64,000 bases of DNA from Cyanobacteriota bacterium (GCA_025362325.1 JANYGO010000123.1:10229-74228); one strand, 5' to 3'; positions 10,162 to 20,104 are shown, counted from the first letter of the stretch. Program-made: numbers and translations. Notes: generated by a model not told the origin, from the letters alone.

Positions 10162-10847
10162 TGATCCGATCGCACAATTTCGACTCCAAAAACGCGAGCA
10201 AACTCAGCGAGTACGATCAATCGCACTCGATCGACCTCAATTCCCGGTATAAATTGCTCCAAACTGCCAACGGGTCGATCGGGAATCCCGCAAGGTACAA
10301 TTTGCCCAAAACCTGCCAGATCCGGGCAAACATTGAGAGCAAAACCGTGCATCGTAATCCAGCGACTGACTTTAATGCCGATCGCACCCACCTTGCACCC
10401 ATCCACCCAAACCCCAGTCATTCCCGCAACCCGCGAACCCTTCAACCCGCAAACTTCCAGCACCCTCAGCAGCACTTCCTCCAACTGCCGCAAATACCAG
10501 TGCAAATCCTGCACGTGACGGCGCAAATTTAAAATCGGATAGCCCACCAACTGGCCTGGACAATGGTAAGTCACTTCACCACCGCGCTCAACTCGGTGCA
10601 ATTCCGGCTGAGTTTCGCTGTCAAATTTCAGAAATTCCAACTTCGATCCCAGCCCCAAAGTGTAAACAGGCGGATGTTCCAGCAAAATCAGCACATCAGG
10701 CAAATCAGGATTCTCGCGGCGCTCTTGCACCAGTTTTTGCTGGATTTCCCAAGCTTGGGAGTAAGGCACTTGTCCCCAATCGAAGAGCAAGCAGGGTTGT
10801 GCATTTAGGTGTTGAGCGATAATAGGGGAAAGCATGAAAAAAATCAA
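10149..10847 (-). CDS. lipB: Lipoyl(octanoyl) transferase
   Basis: [47 protein letters not shown]. Start may be slightly downstream of 10847. Confidence 0.96.
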   Translation of the reverse strand: MIFFMLSPIIAQHLNAQPCLLFDWGQVPYSQAWEIQQKLVQERRENPDLPDVLILLEHPPVYTLGLGSKLEFLKFDSETQPELHRVERGGEVTYHCPGQLVGYPILNLRRHVQDLHWYLRQLEEVLLRVLEVCGLKGSRVAGMTGVWVDGCKVGAIGIKVSRWITMHGFALNVCPDLAGFGQIVPCGIPDRPVGSLEQFIPGIEVDRVRLIVLAEFARVFGVEIVRSDQTYG

Positions 10848-10984
10848 TAGTGTTTTTACGCAATATTGGTGCAGTTTAAATCAAGAATTGTCAACATATA
10901 AAAAAAATTGAAAGAAAAGTGTTTTGTTGAATACATAATGCTATTGTATAAACTATACCCAAGTTACAGAAGGGAGGGAGCTCT

Positions 10985-11638
10985 ATGAAGCTTGTTATCC
11001 AGGGTAAAAATATAGAAATCACCGATGCGATTCGCGAGTACGTCAACGAAAAGATTGAAAAGGCGGTTAGCCATTTTAAAACTTTGACTACTGAAGTGGA
11101 CATTCATCTATCGGTGGCTCGTAACCCCAGGATCAATCCTAAGCAGACTGCTGAGGTGACAATTTATGCTAACGGTAGCGTGATTCGGGCTGAGGAAAGC
11201 ACGGAAAGCCTTTATGCCAGCATAGATTTGGTTGCCGACAAGATAGCTCGTCAACTGCGGAAATTTAAGGAAAAACGCCACGACAACAAAATCCAGAATA
11301 GTCCCAAAACAATTGCGGTAGTTGATGAACATCCTGTAGCAGCAGATTTGATTGGCGATCGAACTCCCGAACTTCCTGCTGAGGTGGTGAGGACTAAGTA
11401 TTTTGCCATGCCTCCAATGACTGTGCAAGAAGCTTTGGAACAATTGCAGATTATCGATCACGATTTCTATATGTTCCGCAATGCGGAAACTGACGAAATT
11501 AACGTGCTCTACGAACGCAAGACTCACGGTGGCTATGGAGTTATCCAACCCCGCAACGGCAACGGCAACGGTAATAGCAAAAATGGCAAAACTGCCGAAA
11601 GTGCAGCACATGAAAAATCAGGTGCTGCGAAAAGTTAA
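10985..11638 (+). CDS. hpf: Ribosome hibernation promoting factor (long HPF / LrtA)
   Basis: [36 protein letters not shown]-terminal [20 protein letters not shown]. Confidence 0.96.
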   Translation: MKLVIQGKNIEITDAIREYVNEKIEKAVSHFKTLTTEVDIHLSVARNPRINPKQTAEVTIYANGSVIRAEESTESLYASIDLVADKIARQLRKFKEKRHDNKIQNSPKTIAVVDEHPVAADLIGDRTPELPAEVVRTKYFAMPPMTVQEALEQLQIIDHDFYMFRNAETDEINVLYERKTHGGYGVIQPRNGNGNGNSKNGKTAESAAHEKSGAAKS

Positions 11639-11652
11639 ATAATTGCTATTAG

Positions 11653-11680
11653 CAAAGAGAGGACTAAATTCCTCTCTTTG
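11653..11680 (+). terminator. Hairpin after hpf, probable terminator
   Basis: CAAAGAGAGG-(8 nt)-CCTCTCTTTG, 15 bp after the stop codon. Confidence 0.55.
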
Positions 11681-11691
11681 TCTTAGAAACT

Positions 11692-11820
11692 AGGAGAGGG
11701 CAGTGCAGTCTCCCTACGATGTTGTTTTGGGTAGGGACACGGCACTGCCGTCTCCTTCTTATCATTGCGGTACAACCGGAATTGATGCCGTTCGTGTAGA
11801 CGCGGTTTCAACCGCCGTCT
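11692..11820. repeat. GTAG-type REP-like inverted pair plus a half-copy of the 9988 family
   Basis: AGGAGAGGGCAGTGCAGTCTCCCTAC / GTAGGGACACGGCACTGCCGTCTCCT; GTAGACGCGGTTTCAACCGCCGTC near 11796. Confidence 0.7.
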
Positions 11821-12277
11821 AATTTTTAATACTTTCCAAAGTTTTGAGAGATTCCGAAACGTGAGCCTTAAAATCCAACATCGAGTCAAAAATATGCTTG
11901 ACAACGCCTTGTTTGTCGATCGCATAAGTCACTCTACCGGGCATAATCCACATAGTAGCCGGAACCCCGTACAATTGCCGAACCTTATTGCCCGTATCGC
12001 TCAACAAAGTAAAAGGTAACTGATATTTTGAGGCAAATTTCTCGTGGGATTGTTGCGAATCGTCACTAATTCCGATCACTTCCGCACCAGCGTCTTTGAA
12101 AACTTCATAACTATCTCGAAAAGCGCAAGCTTCCGCCGTGCATCCCGGTGTATCGTCTTTCGGGTAAAAGTAGACGATGACATTTTTTTGACCACGAAAA
12201 TCCTTGAGGCTGACTGATGCGCCAGTTTGCGACGTTAAGGTAAAATCCGGTGCCGTATCTCCTACTTTGACTGCCAT
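11819..12277 (-). CDS. bcp: Peroxiredoxin (BCP/PrxQ family)
   Basis: YFYPKDDTPGCTAEACAFRD motif; PGRVTY. Confidence 0.93.
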   Translation of the reverse strand: MAVKVGDTAPDFTLTSQTGASVSLKDFRGQKNVIVYFYPKDDTPGCTAEACAFRDSYEVFKDAGAEVIGISDDSQQSHEKFASKYQLPFTLLSDTGNKVRQLYGVPATMWIMPGRVTYAIDKQGVVKHIFDSMLDFKAHVSESLKTLESIKN

Positions 12278-12378
12278 ATTTGTTTGACTCAGTAACTCTG
12301 TTTGCGGAAAATTTTAACTTTTGTTATTGTACAGTTTTTTACAGCCCAATAGGTTTGCGATCGGCATAGTGCGGGGTT

Positions 12379-15300
12379 TTACCCCCCGTCTTGCTTCGAC
12401 AAAATCAAGTTGAGTACGTTCAACTCATTGGAACTCAAAAGGTACTTATCCGTAAACATCTTTTCCCGACTTTGCTCTAAACTGTAGCTTCTAAACACGA
12501 TAAACGGGAATTCGTGGTACTTAGGCCCGATCGGGATTATACTGTCTATCGGATAGGTCGATCGCACGGCAGCCGACAAAATATCCCGAAACATCAGATC
12601 CTCCGGTTCCTCCAGCTTGGTGTCAGCAAAATATTCCTGCATCGCATCCCCGCTGACAAAAGCAAACAAAGGTATGGCATAATAGCGATCGAACTGCTGG
12701 CTTTGCTGCTGGAAATACTGAGTTTTCTCCACATCGCCGCTGAGAAACTGCAATAATTCGATCGCGCCGCCCCTAATAGCCGATCGTAAATTCTCAGGGT
12801 AAGATTTGCTATCCCTAATGCGATACATATTTTCCAGCAACCCATTATCTAAACAGTTTTTAATTTCATTATTCAAGCGCATCTGATAGTTTTCATCCAA
12901 ACTTTTATCAGCCAAAGGCACTATCAACAAACCGCCACAAACATGACCAATCTCAAGATTCCCATAACCCAGCAAACCCTCAAGAGGATTGCACGCCTGC
13001 AAAAACTTCCGATTAAAATCCTCCCGCATTTCCAAGTAAGAATTGCCCGTTGAATGAGATGTATCAGAATTTGTCAAAACAAACTCCCCACGGCTCAAAA
13101 GCTGCTCCAGCCCCTCATAAACCTCCTTCAGTAACATATTTCCTCGGTTACTGCGGTGTTCGCTTTTCAAACTTTTAATCAAAGAAGCAATCTTGCTACT
13201 AAAAGTATCACCCACAGCCGAAATCGACTTCCCACCAATCGGAATCATCAAAAACCTTTCCCTACCCAAATATCCGTATCCCACAATCCGCGTCATCACC
13301 GCAGCCTTAAGAATTAGCAGCAAATTCAACAAACTCAACTTGCTTTCTCGTAGCGAAAGTTCCGGATCATCAGCATAGTAAACCGCTGTATCAGACAAGT
13401 AAAAAACCAACTCCTTAGCTTCACCATCCAGCGTATTACCATCCTCATCTTCCCCGCGCCCCCGATAGATAACTTGAATCACCTCCATCAGATTTTTCTC
13501 AATTTGAAAGCGGGGAATATCCACTAAAATATGCTTAGTTTTCGGGAAAGACAAGCCGCGACTTCCCGATGCAGTCATGAAAACTACTTTAACTTTGTTT
13601 TTGCACTTTTGTATTTGCTCCTTCTCCTCTTCCGAGATATTCGCGTGGACTTCCAGATAATCGGTGTAGCGCTTAAATTCTCGCTCATTTTGGATTCTAT
13701 CAATCAACTCAGCCAATCTTCGCTTATCCTGAATGTAGACGATAATTTGTTCAACTCTCGGTATTGCTAAGCGCTGATTGATATCCTCAACTATTTCAGA
13801 CTGTACCCGTTTTACCAAATCATTTTTGGGCTTCAAGGAAATATCTTCAGTAAATTTGGCAGCTTCTACAAACACCTTATAAGTTATCTCTAAACTGCTA
13901 GCTGGATAAGAATTAGTATTGATAACTTTAGCAGCTAATCGTTTGAATTCAAAAGGAGTCACCTGTAATGGTGGGATTTCCTCGGATTTTTTTGGTAGCT
14001 TTTTGAAATAAATTTTATCCGGTTCCGGCGAGGTATCATCGAGGTGTTGTTTAATCACATCCGGGTCAACAATCGAAGCGTCTGCTACAATAATTTTAGT
14101 GTTAAAACCGTGTTCCGGCTTGTGCAAATCATATTTTTTGACTAGCTTACCAATTCCATGCAGAAACTCAACGCCGCCGTCGTCTCCGGTAATTTCATCG
14201 ATCATAATGAAGATGTGTTTGATCCGGCTGGAGATTTCCTGCATTTTAGGAGAGATAACTTCTTTTCCCTGTTTGTTGTAAGCATCTTGAAAAATCTTCT
14301 CTAAATGTTGGAGAGTATTTTTTCCTTTTTCTGTCACCTTCAAAGACTGAATAGAAACGGTAGCCACGATATTGTTCGATGTCTTGCAATTGATGCGCGC
14401 ATATATTCCCTCACAAACACTATTTAGCACTCCATGCTTTTTGCCAATCCTAGGTTTAATTACGGTTTCTCCCTTCCTTTCCAATTGCGGCTTGTGAGAT
14501 TTGTTATGCTGTATTTTTGCGCCGTCATTGATGAAGTGCACAGTTTTTTGTTGAAAATTTTCGTGATAGTTATTGGCTGCGTAGTTGACGGTACATTGTC
14601 CAAAATTGCTGTCTATAATATCAGAACTTGAGTTAATACAAAATAATCGATTGTCGCACAACAAACCAGTCTTTTTGTCTCGGAATTTTTCGATAATATC
14701 TAAGTTAACTTGCTTGCGGGGACTGACGTAAAAGAACAAGAAACCGTCGTTTATATGGGTTTTGAGGAAATTTGCGATCGCAGTTGTTTTCCCAATTCCC
14801 GGATTCCCAGTCAAAAATAGGTAGGTTTCGTCAGATTCCAGTGCTTTGACAATTAATTGAGCGTGAGCATTTCTCAGGTGCAATCCGCGAGAAATTTGTA
14901 AATCATCTGCCAGTTTATCTGATATAATATCAATGGAATTGACAAAGTTATCGATCCGCTCTGTATGACATACAGGTGTGACATTTTTGCCAATCGTCAA
15001 CAAATCGCTGACAAACTTTTTACCCTTCTGAAAACTGTAACCTGCGTTAAGTTGGATCGCATCTAAAACTTCGGCGCGAGCATCATTAATCTGTTTATCT
15101 TTCGCTTCCTGCTGGTAGATTTTGGCACAATTCGCCAAGATGTCAATTTTATCATTGCGGAGGGAAATTGCGCTAATTGTGCGATCGCTATAACCGACAA
15201 CATTCAACAAAACCTCAGCATCATCAGGAATCATCTGAGTTGCTTTCAAAAAACCGTAGAAGCTGTGAGCGTAGCTACCAGCCTGAATCAACTTAGCGCT

Positions 15301-16053
15301 TTCCTTATCCTTATACTTAAAAGCCGTAAAATAGCGGTTTAAACCCTCCGAAAAGTCAATCCCTAAAGTGCTAGTATCGATTCGCAAATTAGAAAAAACA
15401 CTTTTCGATCGCAAATAGCTAATTTCTCTGAGCAAAGACTTCCGCATCACCTCTATTTCGTTCAGATTATCGACTTTTTCCGAAGTCAACGGGGGAGTAA
15501 ACACAGACAAATCAACGCACAGAATCCTAAAATCTCTACCATTCTGTAGCAGAATCAGGGTATCAGCTTGCAAAAACTCGCCTTTGTTCTTGTAGCGGCG
15601 GATGTAGGAGTTAATCTCATCGTCTGATAAATTCGGTTTCACCGTTTCAAACTGAGATAATACTTTCTTAAACCCTTTAAATATTTCTATTTCATCGTCC
15701 TTCTGGGTTCTAATACTGTTAGCGCAATTAAAACTACACTGAAAATACAATATTTGCGCTAAATTTAAATTCCAGCCAGTAGATTTGATGTACTCCCGGA
15801 AAAAATTTATCCCGCCCAAAAACCCTTTTTGAACAAAAAACAAGCTCCACTTTTCAACAACTTTAGCATCTAAACTACCAAGCAAATTAGCTTCCTTGAT
15901 TATCTCTGCTGTTATCTTTGGCAATTTAAGTTGTTGCAAGTCCAAACGGTAAGAATCGCCGAAATTGTGAGCTATATTTTCTCGCTGAATATACGCCAGA
16001 ATCCCGATATTGAATCCAACCTCAAACAGCCGTCCAAAATCTTCACCAATCAT
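12379..16053 (-). CDS. Large SF2-type helicase with a putative N-terminal RecB-like nuclease domain
   Basis: Walker A GNPGIGKT (~14784-14810), Walker B MIDEITGD (~14180-14208), motif V-like SRGLSFP, motif VI-like QVIYRGRG. Likely ATG at 16053, preceded by GGAGG. Confidence 0.8.
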   Translation of the reverse strand: MIGEDFGRLFEVGFNIGILAYIQRENIAHNFGDSYRLDLQQLKLPKITAEIIKEANLLGSLDAKVVEKWSLFFVQKGFLGGINFFREYIKSTGWNLNLAQILYFQCSFNCANSIRTQKDDEIEIFKGFKKVLSQFETVKPNLSDDEINSYIRRYKNKGEFLQADTLILLQNGRDFRILCVDLSVFTPPLTSEKVDNLNEIEVMRKSLLREISYLRSKSVFSNLRIDTSTLGIDFSEGLNRYFTAFKYKDKESAKLIQAGSYAHSFYGFLKATQMIPDDAEVLLNVVGYSDRTISAISLRNDKIDILANCAKIYQQEAKDKQINDARAEVLDAIQLNAGYSFQKGKKFVSDLLTIGKNVTPVCHTERIDNFVNSIDIISDKLADDLQISRGLHLRNAHAQLIVKALESDETYLFLTGNPGIGKTTAIANFLKTHINDGFLFFYVSPRKQVNLDIIEKFRDKKTGLLCDNRLFCINSSSDIIDSNFGQCTVNYAANNYHENFQQKTVHFINDGAKIQHNKSHKPQLERKGETVIKPRIGKKHGVLNSVCEGIYARINCKTSNNIVATVSIQSLKVTEKGKNTLQHLEKIFQDAYNKQGKEVISPKMQEISSRIKHIFIMIDEITGDDGGVEFLHGIGKLVKKYDLHKPEHGFNTKIIVADASIVDPDVIKQHLDDTSPEPDKIYFKKLPKKSEEIPPLQVTPFEFKRLAAKVINTNSYPASSLEITYKVFVEAAKFTEDISLKPKNDLVKRVQSEIVEDINQRLAIPRVEQIIVYIQDKRRLAELIDRIQNEREFKRYTDYLEVHANISEEEKEQIQKCKNKVKVVFMTASGSRGLSFPKTKHILVDIPRFQIEKNLMEVIQVIYRGRGEDEDGNTLDGEAKELVFYLSDTAVYYADDPELSLRESKLSLLNLLLILKAAVMTRIVGYGYLGRERFLMIPIGGKSISAVGDTFSSKIASLIKSLKSEHRSNRGNMLLKEVYEGLEQLLSRGEFVLTNSDTSHSTGNSYLEMREDFNRKFLQACNPLEGLLGYGNLEIGHVCGGLLIVPLADKSLDENYQMRLNNEIKNCLDNGLLENMYRIRDSKSYPENLRSAIRGGAIELLQFLSGDVEKTQYFQQQSQQFDRYYAIPLFAFVSGDAMQEYFADTKLEEPEDLMFRDILSAAVRSTYPIDSIIPIGPKYHEFPFIVFRSYSLEQSREKMFTDKYLLSSNELNVLNLILSKQDGG

Positions 16054-19000
16054 GATTAGTACCTCCCTCACCGACATTCAATACTTCTCTTACCTTATTC
16101 AAAAATGCCAGAGAATTAAAATCCGCGCTACCGCCAGCATGACTAAATACCGACAAAGCACCAATCGAGTCATCGCCAATAATCCGCTCGTAGGGGTCAA
16201 GTTTTAAACTAATATTTTGACGAGCTTCATACCTAGAAAAGTGGAACATTGTTAAATAGTGTAGCAAAGTATTTTTGATTGCACCATCATAAATCAAACC
16301 TTCACGAATATCTTGATCGTCTAGAATACCTTGATAGATATTCAACAGCGTCGAGTAGGAAATCACACCGTTGTAAAAGTTTTTTTCTCCTGACTGCTTG
16401 ACTTTAATCCCGTTAAACAAGTTGAAAAACATCACAGCTTGCTGACTCGTATCTGCAAACAAGCTTTCCAGTTCCATTGTATCTTGAATATAAAAAGATT
16501 TTCCCTGATCACCTAGGAAACTGCGGACATAGTATTTGTCAAAAAATATCGGATAAATCTTGATATCTCGGCGCTCTCCCTTCAAAGTTCGGAGCAGTTT
16601 TTTGGACATGAAAGACAATTCCTCATCTTCATCAGTCTTGGTAATATGCAGTGTACTCATGTAAGGTGCTTGCGAAATATATGCGAAATTCCGATATCCT
16701 TGTCGATAAAGCTGACTCATTACATCTTCAAGGATTAACGGCTCAGAATAAAGACGGCTGACACTGTAATTCTCGGAAAATGTTTTCAGCATTTCGACTT
16801 GAATTTTGCTGTCGTCTAGGCGATTGATTCCGACAACTTCTCCGATTAAGCTGGCTTGTCTTTGGAAGCGGTTTTGATTACCTCTTTTTGCATCACTATC
16901 TCGGCTGGAAACAACAATAATTGCTAACTTGTCTAATTCTGGAGCTAGCTGTACATTGTCGTCGAAGCGAAACTTTTTAGGAAGTATTGAATACATCGAA
17001 CTCAAACCGTTACGGATACGGAAACCATCAGGTTTTTCTCTAATCCGAAATCCTTGAGAAGTTGAGCGTTGTTTTTCACTCAAAAGATGAGACAATGTTT
17101 TGGAAAGATTAGCCATGAACTCTTCTGACGGTGAACGATGTTTCTTGTCGCCTTCGTGAAGTCTCACCATCGGAATAAACAAGTTGTTCGCAGTATTTTC
17201 TAGCAATATCTTCAAACAGATATAGGACAGCAGCAGCATGGTAAACTTATACACAAAAGTCGCCGCAGGCTGTAAACCTTTGTCACCGCTGTGTAGTCGT
17301 TTATCGTCATAGGGAAACAAAACTAATTTTGTCTGAAAATGCTTGTTGTAGATTGCTCTAGAGCGATCGGCTTTAGGTGCAGAAAGTACAGGCAAAATAT
17401 CAACGCCTTTGATATTATATTCCATGCTAAAATTTTGGCGTTCATTAGTCGGGAAATACCGGACATCTTCGATGCTGATATTGACTGGTAGCTGACAAAT
17501 AGATTTTTCATCGACACTAGGTTCTTTGACGGTAATATAATGAAGCGTTTGCTTATAATTTCGCTCCATAATTTCATTAAAAAATTTACCAGTCGTCAAA
17601 ATATTGTCAATATCTTCTACTAGACCTAGTTTGAGGTTTACGTGTCGCGTTTCTGTGCGGCTTGGCAAAATTGTCTGCCGCTCCAGAAAGCCTTTCAGCA
17701 TTCTTTTTAGATGCGTAATTTTGTGCTTTATATTAAACTGATTGAATCCTTTAATAAAGTTGCGAAAAAGCTCTTTTTTTTCCTCATCGTTAGAACCTTG
17801 CAAAACAGGCAATACTCTTTGTTCAAATATGGCGATCGGCTGATGATTGAATTCAGATTCAGGATCATAATTTTGTGCTAGTGGGTTGCTGCGGGAAGCA
17901 AACACAAAATAGTACAGCAATGCTAGTTTTAAGACTTTGCGTACAAAAGTTTCGGTATTAGAATACTCCTCAAATTCTGCTTTGTGTTCTTCACTATCTG
18001 GATTTAGCAGATTCAGATTATATTCAAATACTTCTTTTCCACCGCGCGCTTGAACTGGATTGTCAAATTTGATTTTTAGACCAAATACAAACTTACGTTC
18101 GTTACGAGAATTGTCCGTACTTTCTCCCAAGTAACCTGATACAATAGGAATAATTGGCAGTGCATCTAGGACTTCGGCTCTCGCGAAAATTTCTTTGTAA
18201 TTAACTCGAATACCAGCATAATTTACCTCATAATCACCATCGGATTTATTTGGAGCGTTGATGTATTCTTCTATCAATCTGAGGCGACGAATCAAGTCTT
18301 CTAAATAGATTACGCCTACAGTATCTGTGCTGCTAGCGCGGATGTGTTCTAGCAGATATTCCAAGTAAGTAATCTTAGCTTCTTTTTGAATTTTTCCGAG
18401 AGTTTCTTTGTCTACCAGTCGGATTAATTTGTGAAAATCCGAGTCAGGATTTTTAACCATCTCATCAAGACGGTGGTTAAGGTCTTCTTTCTCACTGCTA
18501 GTCTCGGCATTTTCATTGATATAATTTTCTAAGCCCTTCTTTAGTTCTTGTTCAAAAATATCAGTGTTTCGGACGGTAACGGTCAATTTATGCAGCTTTA
18601 AAGTCGCATGGCTTCCAGCACCTCGGCTTTCTAAAGTTAGCCTTTCTTTTTCTAATGGGTGGCGGGTGCCAAAATCGTATTTGAAGCCTAACTCTTGACC
18701 GTTTCCCCGAAAAGAAGGGGAATCTAAAGGACTGATCAAATTAGCGACAAACCTCTCACTCGAGGTATTTTGAGGCAGTTTAACTTCTAAATGTTGCCGC
18801 AAACACTCTCTAATCTGTCTGACTTGACTGCCAAAATGCTCCTCAATTTCCGGCGGTAAGTTAACAGTGGCAGAATCTGCTTGACGTTCAAAAGAACCCA
18901 AGGGTTGCCGCACTTGCTTCTTGGAAACATCCGCAGCAATGGTGTCAATATCAATTAGCAAGCGGCGGCTGTCTTCTGATACGCTAAACGGGTTCTTTCC

Positions 19001-19084
19001 CTGCAAAGTTTCTAAAATTTTGTCCAGCAAATCGCCGTAGTCTACTGGAACTAAATCGTCATCGCCTAGTCTTAAGATGTTCAC
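16043..19084 (-). CDS. 1013-aa hypothetical protein with a putative divergent, catalytically inactive Argonaute-like MID-PIWI C-terminus
   Basis: Long uninterrupted ORF, GTG start with GGAG upstream, overlaps the helicase start by 11 nt. MID/PIWI assignment is by-eye motif order only. Confidence 0.6.
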   Translation of the reverse strand: MNILRLGDDDLVPVDYGDLLDKILETLQGKNPFSVSEDSRRLLIDIDTIAADVSKKQVRQPLGSFERQADSATVNLPPEIEEHFGSQVRQIRECLRQHLEVKLPQNTSSERFVANLISPLDSPSFRGNGQELGFKYDFGTRHPLEKERLTLESRGAGSHATLKLHKLTVTVRNTDIFEQELKKGLENYINENAETSSEKEDLNHRLDEMVKNPDSDFHKLIRLVDKETLGKIQKEAKITYLEYLLEHIRASSTDTVGVIYLEDLIRRLRLIEEYINAPNKSDGDYEVNYAGIRVNYKEIFARAEVLDALPIIPIVSGYLGESTDNSRNERKFVFGLKIKFDNPVQARGGKEVFEYNLNLLNPDSEEHKAEFEEYSNTETFVRKVLKLALLYYFVFASRSNPLAQNYDPESEFNHQPIAIFEQRVLPVLQGSNDEEKKELFRNFIKGFNQFNIKHKITHLKRMLKGFLERQTILPSRTETRHVNLKLGLVEDIDNILTTGKFFNEIMERNYKQTLHYITVKEPSVDEKSICQLPVNISIEDVRYFPTNERQNFSMEYNIKGVDILPVLSAPKADRSRAIYNKHFQTKLVLFPYDDKRLHSGDKGLQPAATFVYKFTMLLLSYICLKILLENTANNLFIPMVRLHEGDKKHRSPSEEFMANLSKTLSHLLSEKQRSTSQGFRIREKPDGFRIRNGLSSMYSILPKKFRFDDNVQLAPELDKLAIIVVSSRDSDAKRGNQNRFQRQASLIGEVVGINRLDDSKIQVEMLKTFSENYSVSRLYSEPLILEDVMSQLYRQGYRNFAYISQAPYMSTLHITKTDEDEELSFMSKKLLRTLKGERRDIKIYPIFFDKYYVRSFLGDQGKSFYIQDTMELESLFADTSQQAVMFFNLFNGIKVKQSGEKNFYNGVISYSTLLNIYQGILDDQDIREGLIYDGAIKNTLLHYLTMFHFSRYEARQNISLKLDPYERIIGDDSIGALSVFSHAGGSADFNSLAFLNKVREVLNVGEGGTNHDW

Positions 19085-19097
19085 CCTGTTAACTCCT

Positions 19098-19367
19098 TTA
19101 AAATGCTTGAATCCACTCTTTGATTTCGTATTCTGTCCAAACCTGATTTACCCAATAGGGATCGGTTTCAACTAATTCTCGCACTTGGGCTTCGTCTGTG
19201 GCTTCGTAAATGGCGAAAACTTTAGTTAAGTCTTTGGTGGGCCCGATCGTACTTAATACACCCGATTCCTTCTGTTGAGCCAATCCAGCCAAATGAGCGT
19301 CTCGAAATGGTGCGCGTTTTTCCAGCACGTCTTCGCAGTAACTTCCCCACATTACATATTTGGTCAC
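19098..19367 (-). CDS. YciI family protein
   Basis: RAPFRDAHLAGL, IGPTKD, DPYWVNQVW..YEIKEW motifs. Confidence 0.9.
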   Translation of the reverse strand: MTKYVMWGSYCEDVLEKRAPFRDAHLAGLAQQKESGVLSTIGPTKDLTKVFAIYEATDEAQVRELVETDPYWVNQVWTEYEIKEWIQAF

Positions 19368-19526
19368 GGTTTTGAGCCTTGGATGAATTTGTTTAAAATT
19401 TATTGTACAATAAGTGTAGCAGGATTTAACGAATTTTTTTAGGATAAGATTGATTAACCGCAGAGGGCGCAGAGGGCGCAGAGGGAGAAGGGAAGAGTTA
19501 GGATTGTTAGATAGGAGGAGATAACT

Positions 19527-20096
19527 ATGACTTTGTTAGACATTCGGCTGCTGACGGTTCAAGAATATGACCGGATGACGGAAATTGGTATTTTTGATGA
19601 GGATGAACGGGTAGAATTACTAGCAGGACAGATAGTAAAGATGGCAGCAAAAGGAACAGCACACGGTGCGGCGGTTAAACGGACAGAGAAGCTACTGGAA
19701 AACCGTTTGGGAGAGCGGGTTTTGGTGCGGCTGCAAGACCCGGTTCGGCTGAATAATTACTCGGAACCTGAACCGGATATTTCTGTAGTTATACCAGATC
19801 CACTTTACTATGAAGACCACCATCCAACTCCTTCAGAAATTTATTTGATTATTGAAGTTGCGGATACTACTCTGAGAACGGATTGTGGCATAAAAGCGAA
19901 AATTTATGCTGAGTCGGGGATTACTGATTATTGGGTTTTGGATGTGAATAATCGGCAACTTCATGTTTTTAGAGAACCGAGTCAAGATGGTTATCAAAGT
20001 CGGGTAATGCTGGGGGACGATGCGAGTATTTCTCCTTGGCAATTTCCTGATATTTCTTTTTGTGTGTCAGAGATGTTGCGTCCACTAAGTTATTAA
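19527..20096 (+). CDS. Uma2 (DUF820) family endonuclease-like protein
   Basis: RVELLAGQIVKM, EPEPDISVV, LIIEVADTT, YAESGITDYWVLD. Confidence 0.92.
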   Translation: MTLLDIRLLTVQEYDRMTEIGIFDEDERVELLAGQIVKMAAKGTAHGAAVKRTEKLLENRLGERVLVRLQDPVRLNNYSEPEPDISVVIPDPLYYEDHHPTPSEIYLIIEVADTTLRTDCGIKAKIYAESGITDYWVLDVNNRQLHVFREPSQDGYQSRVMLGDDASISPWQFPDISFCVSEMLRPLSY

Positions 20097-20104
20097 TGTT
20101 ATGT

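Noticed and set aside
12379-19084. Calling the operon cas3/Cascade, DdmDE or canonical pPIWI-RE
   Set aside because: No HD domain or Cas motifs and it is 22 kb from the array; domain order differs from DdmD (nuclease-like region is N-terminal here); no separate REase or accessory gene as in pPIWI-RE. These are analogies only.
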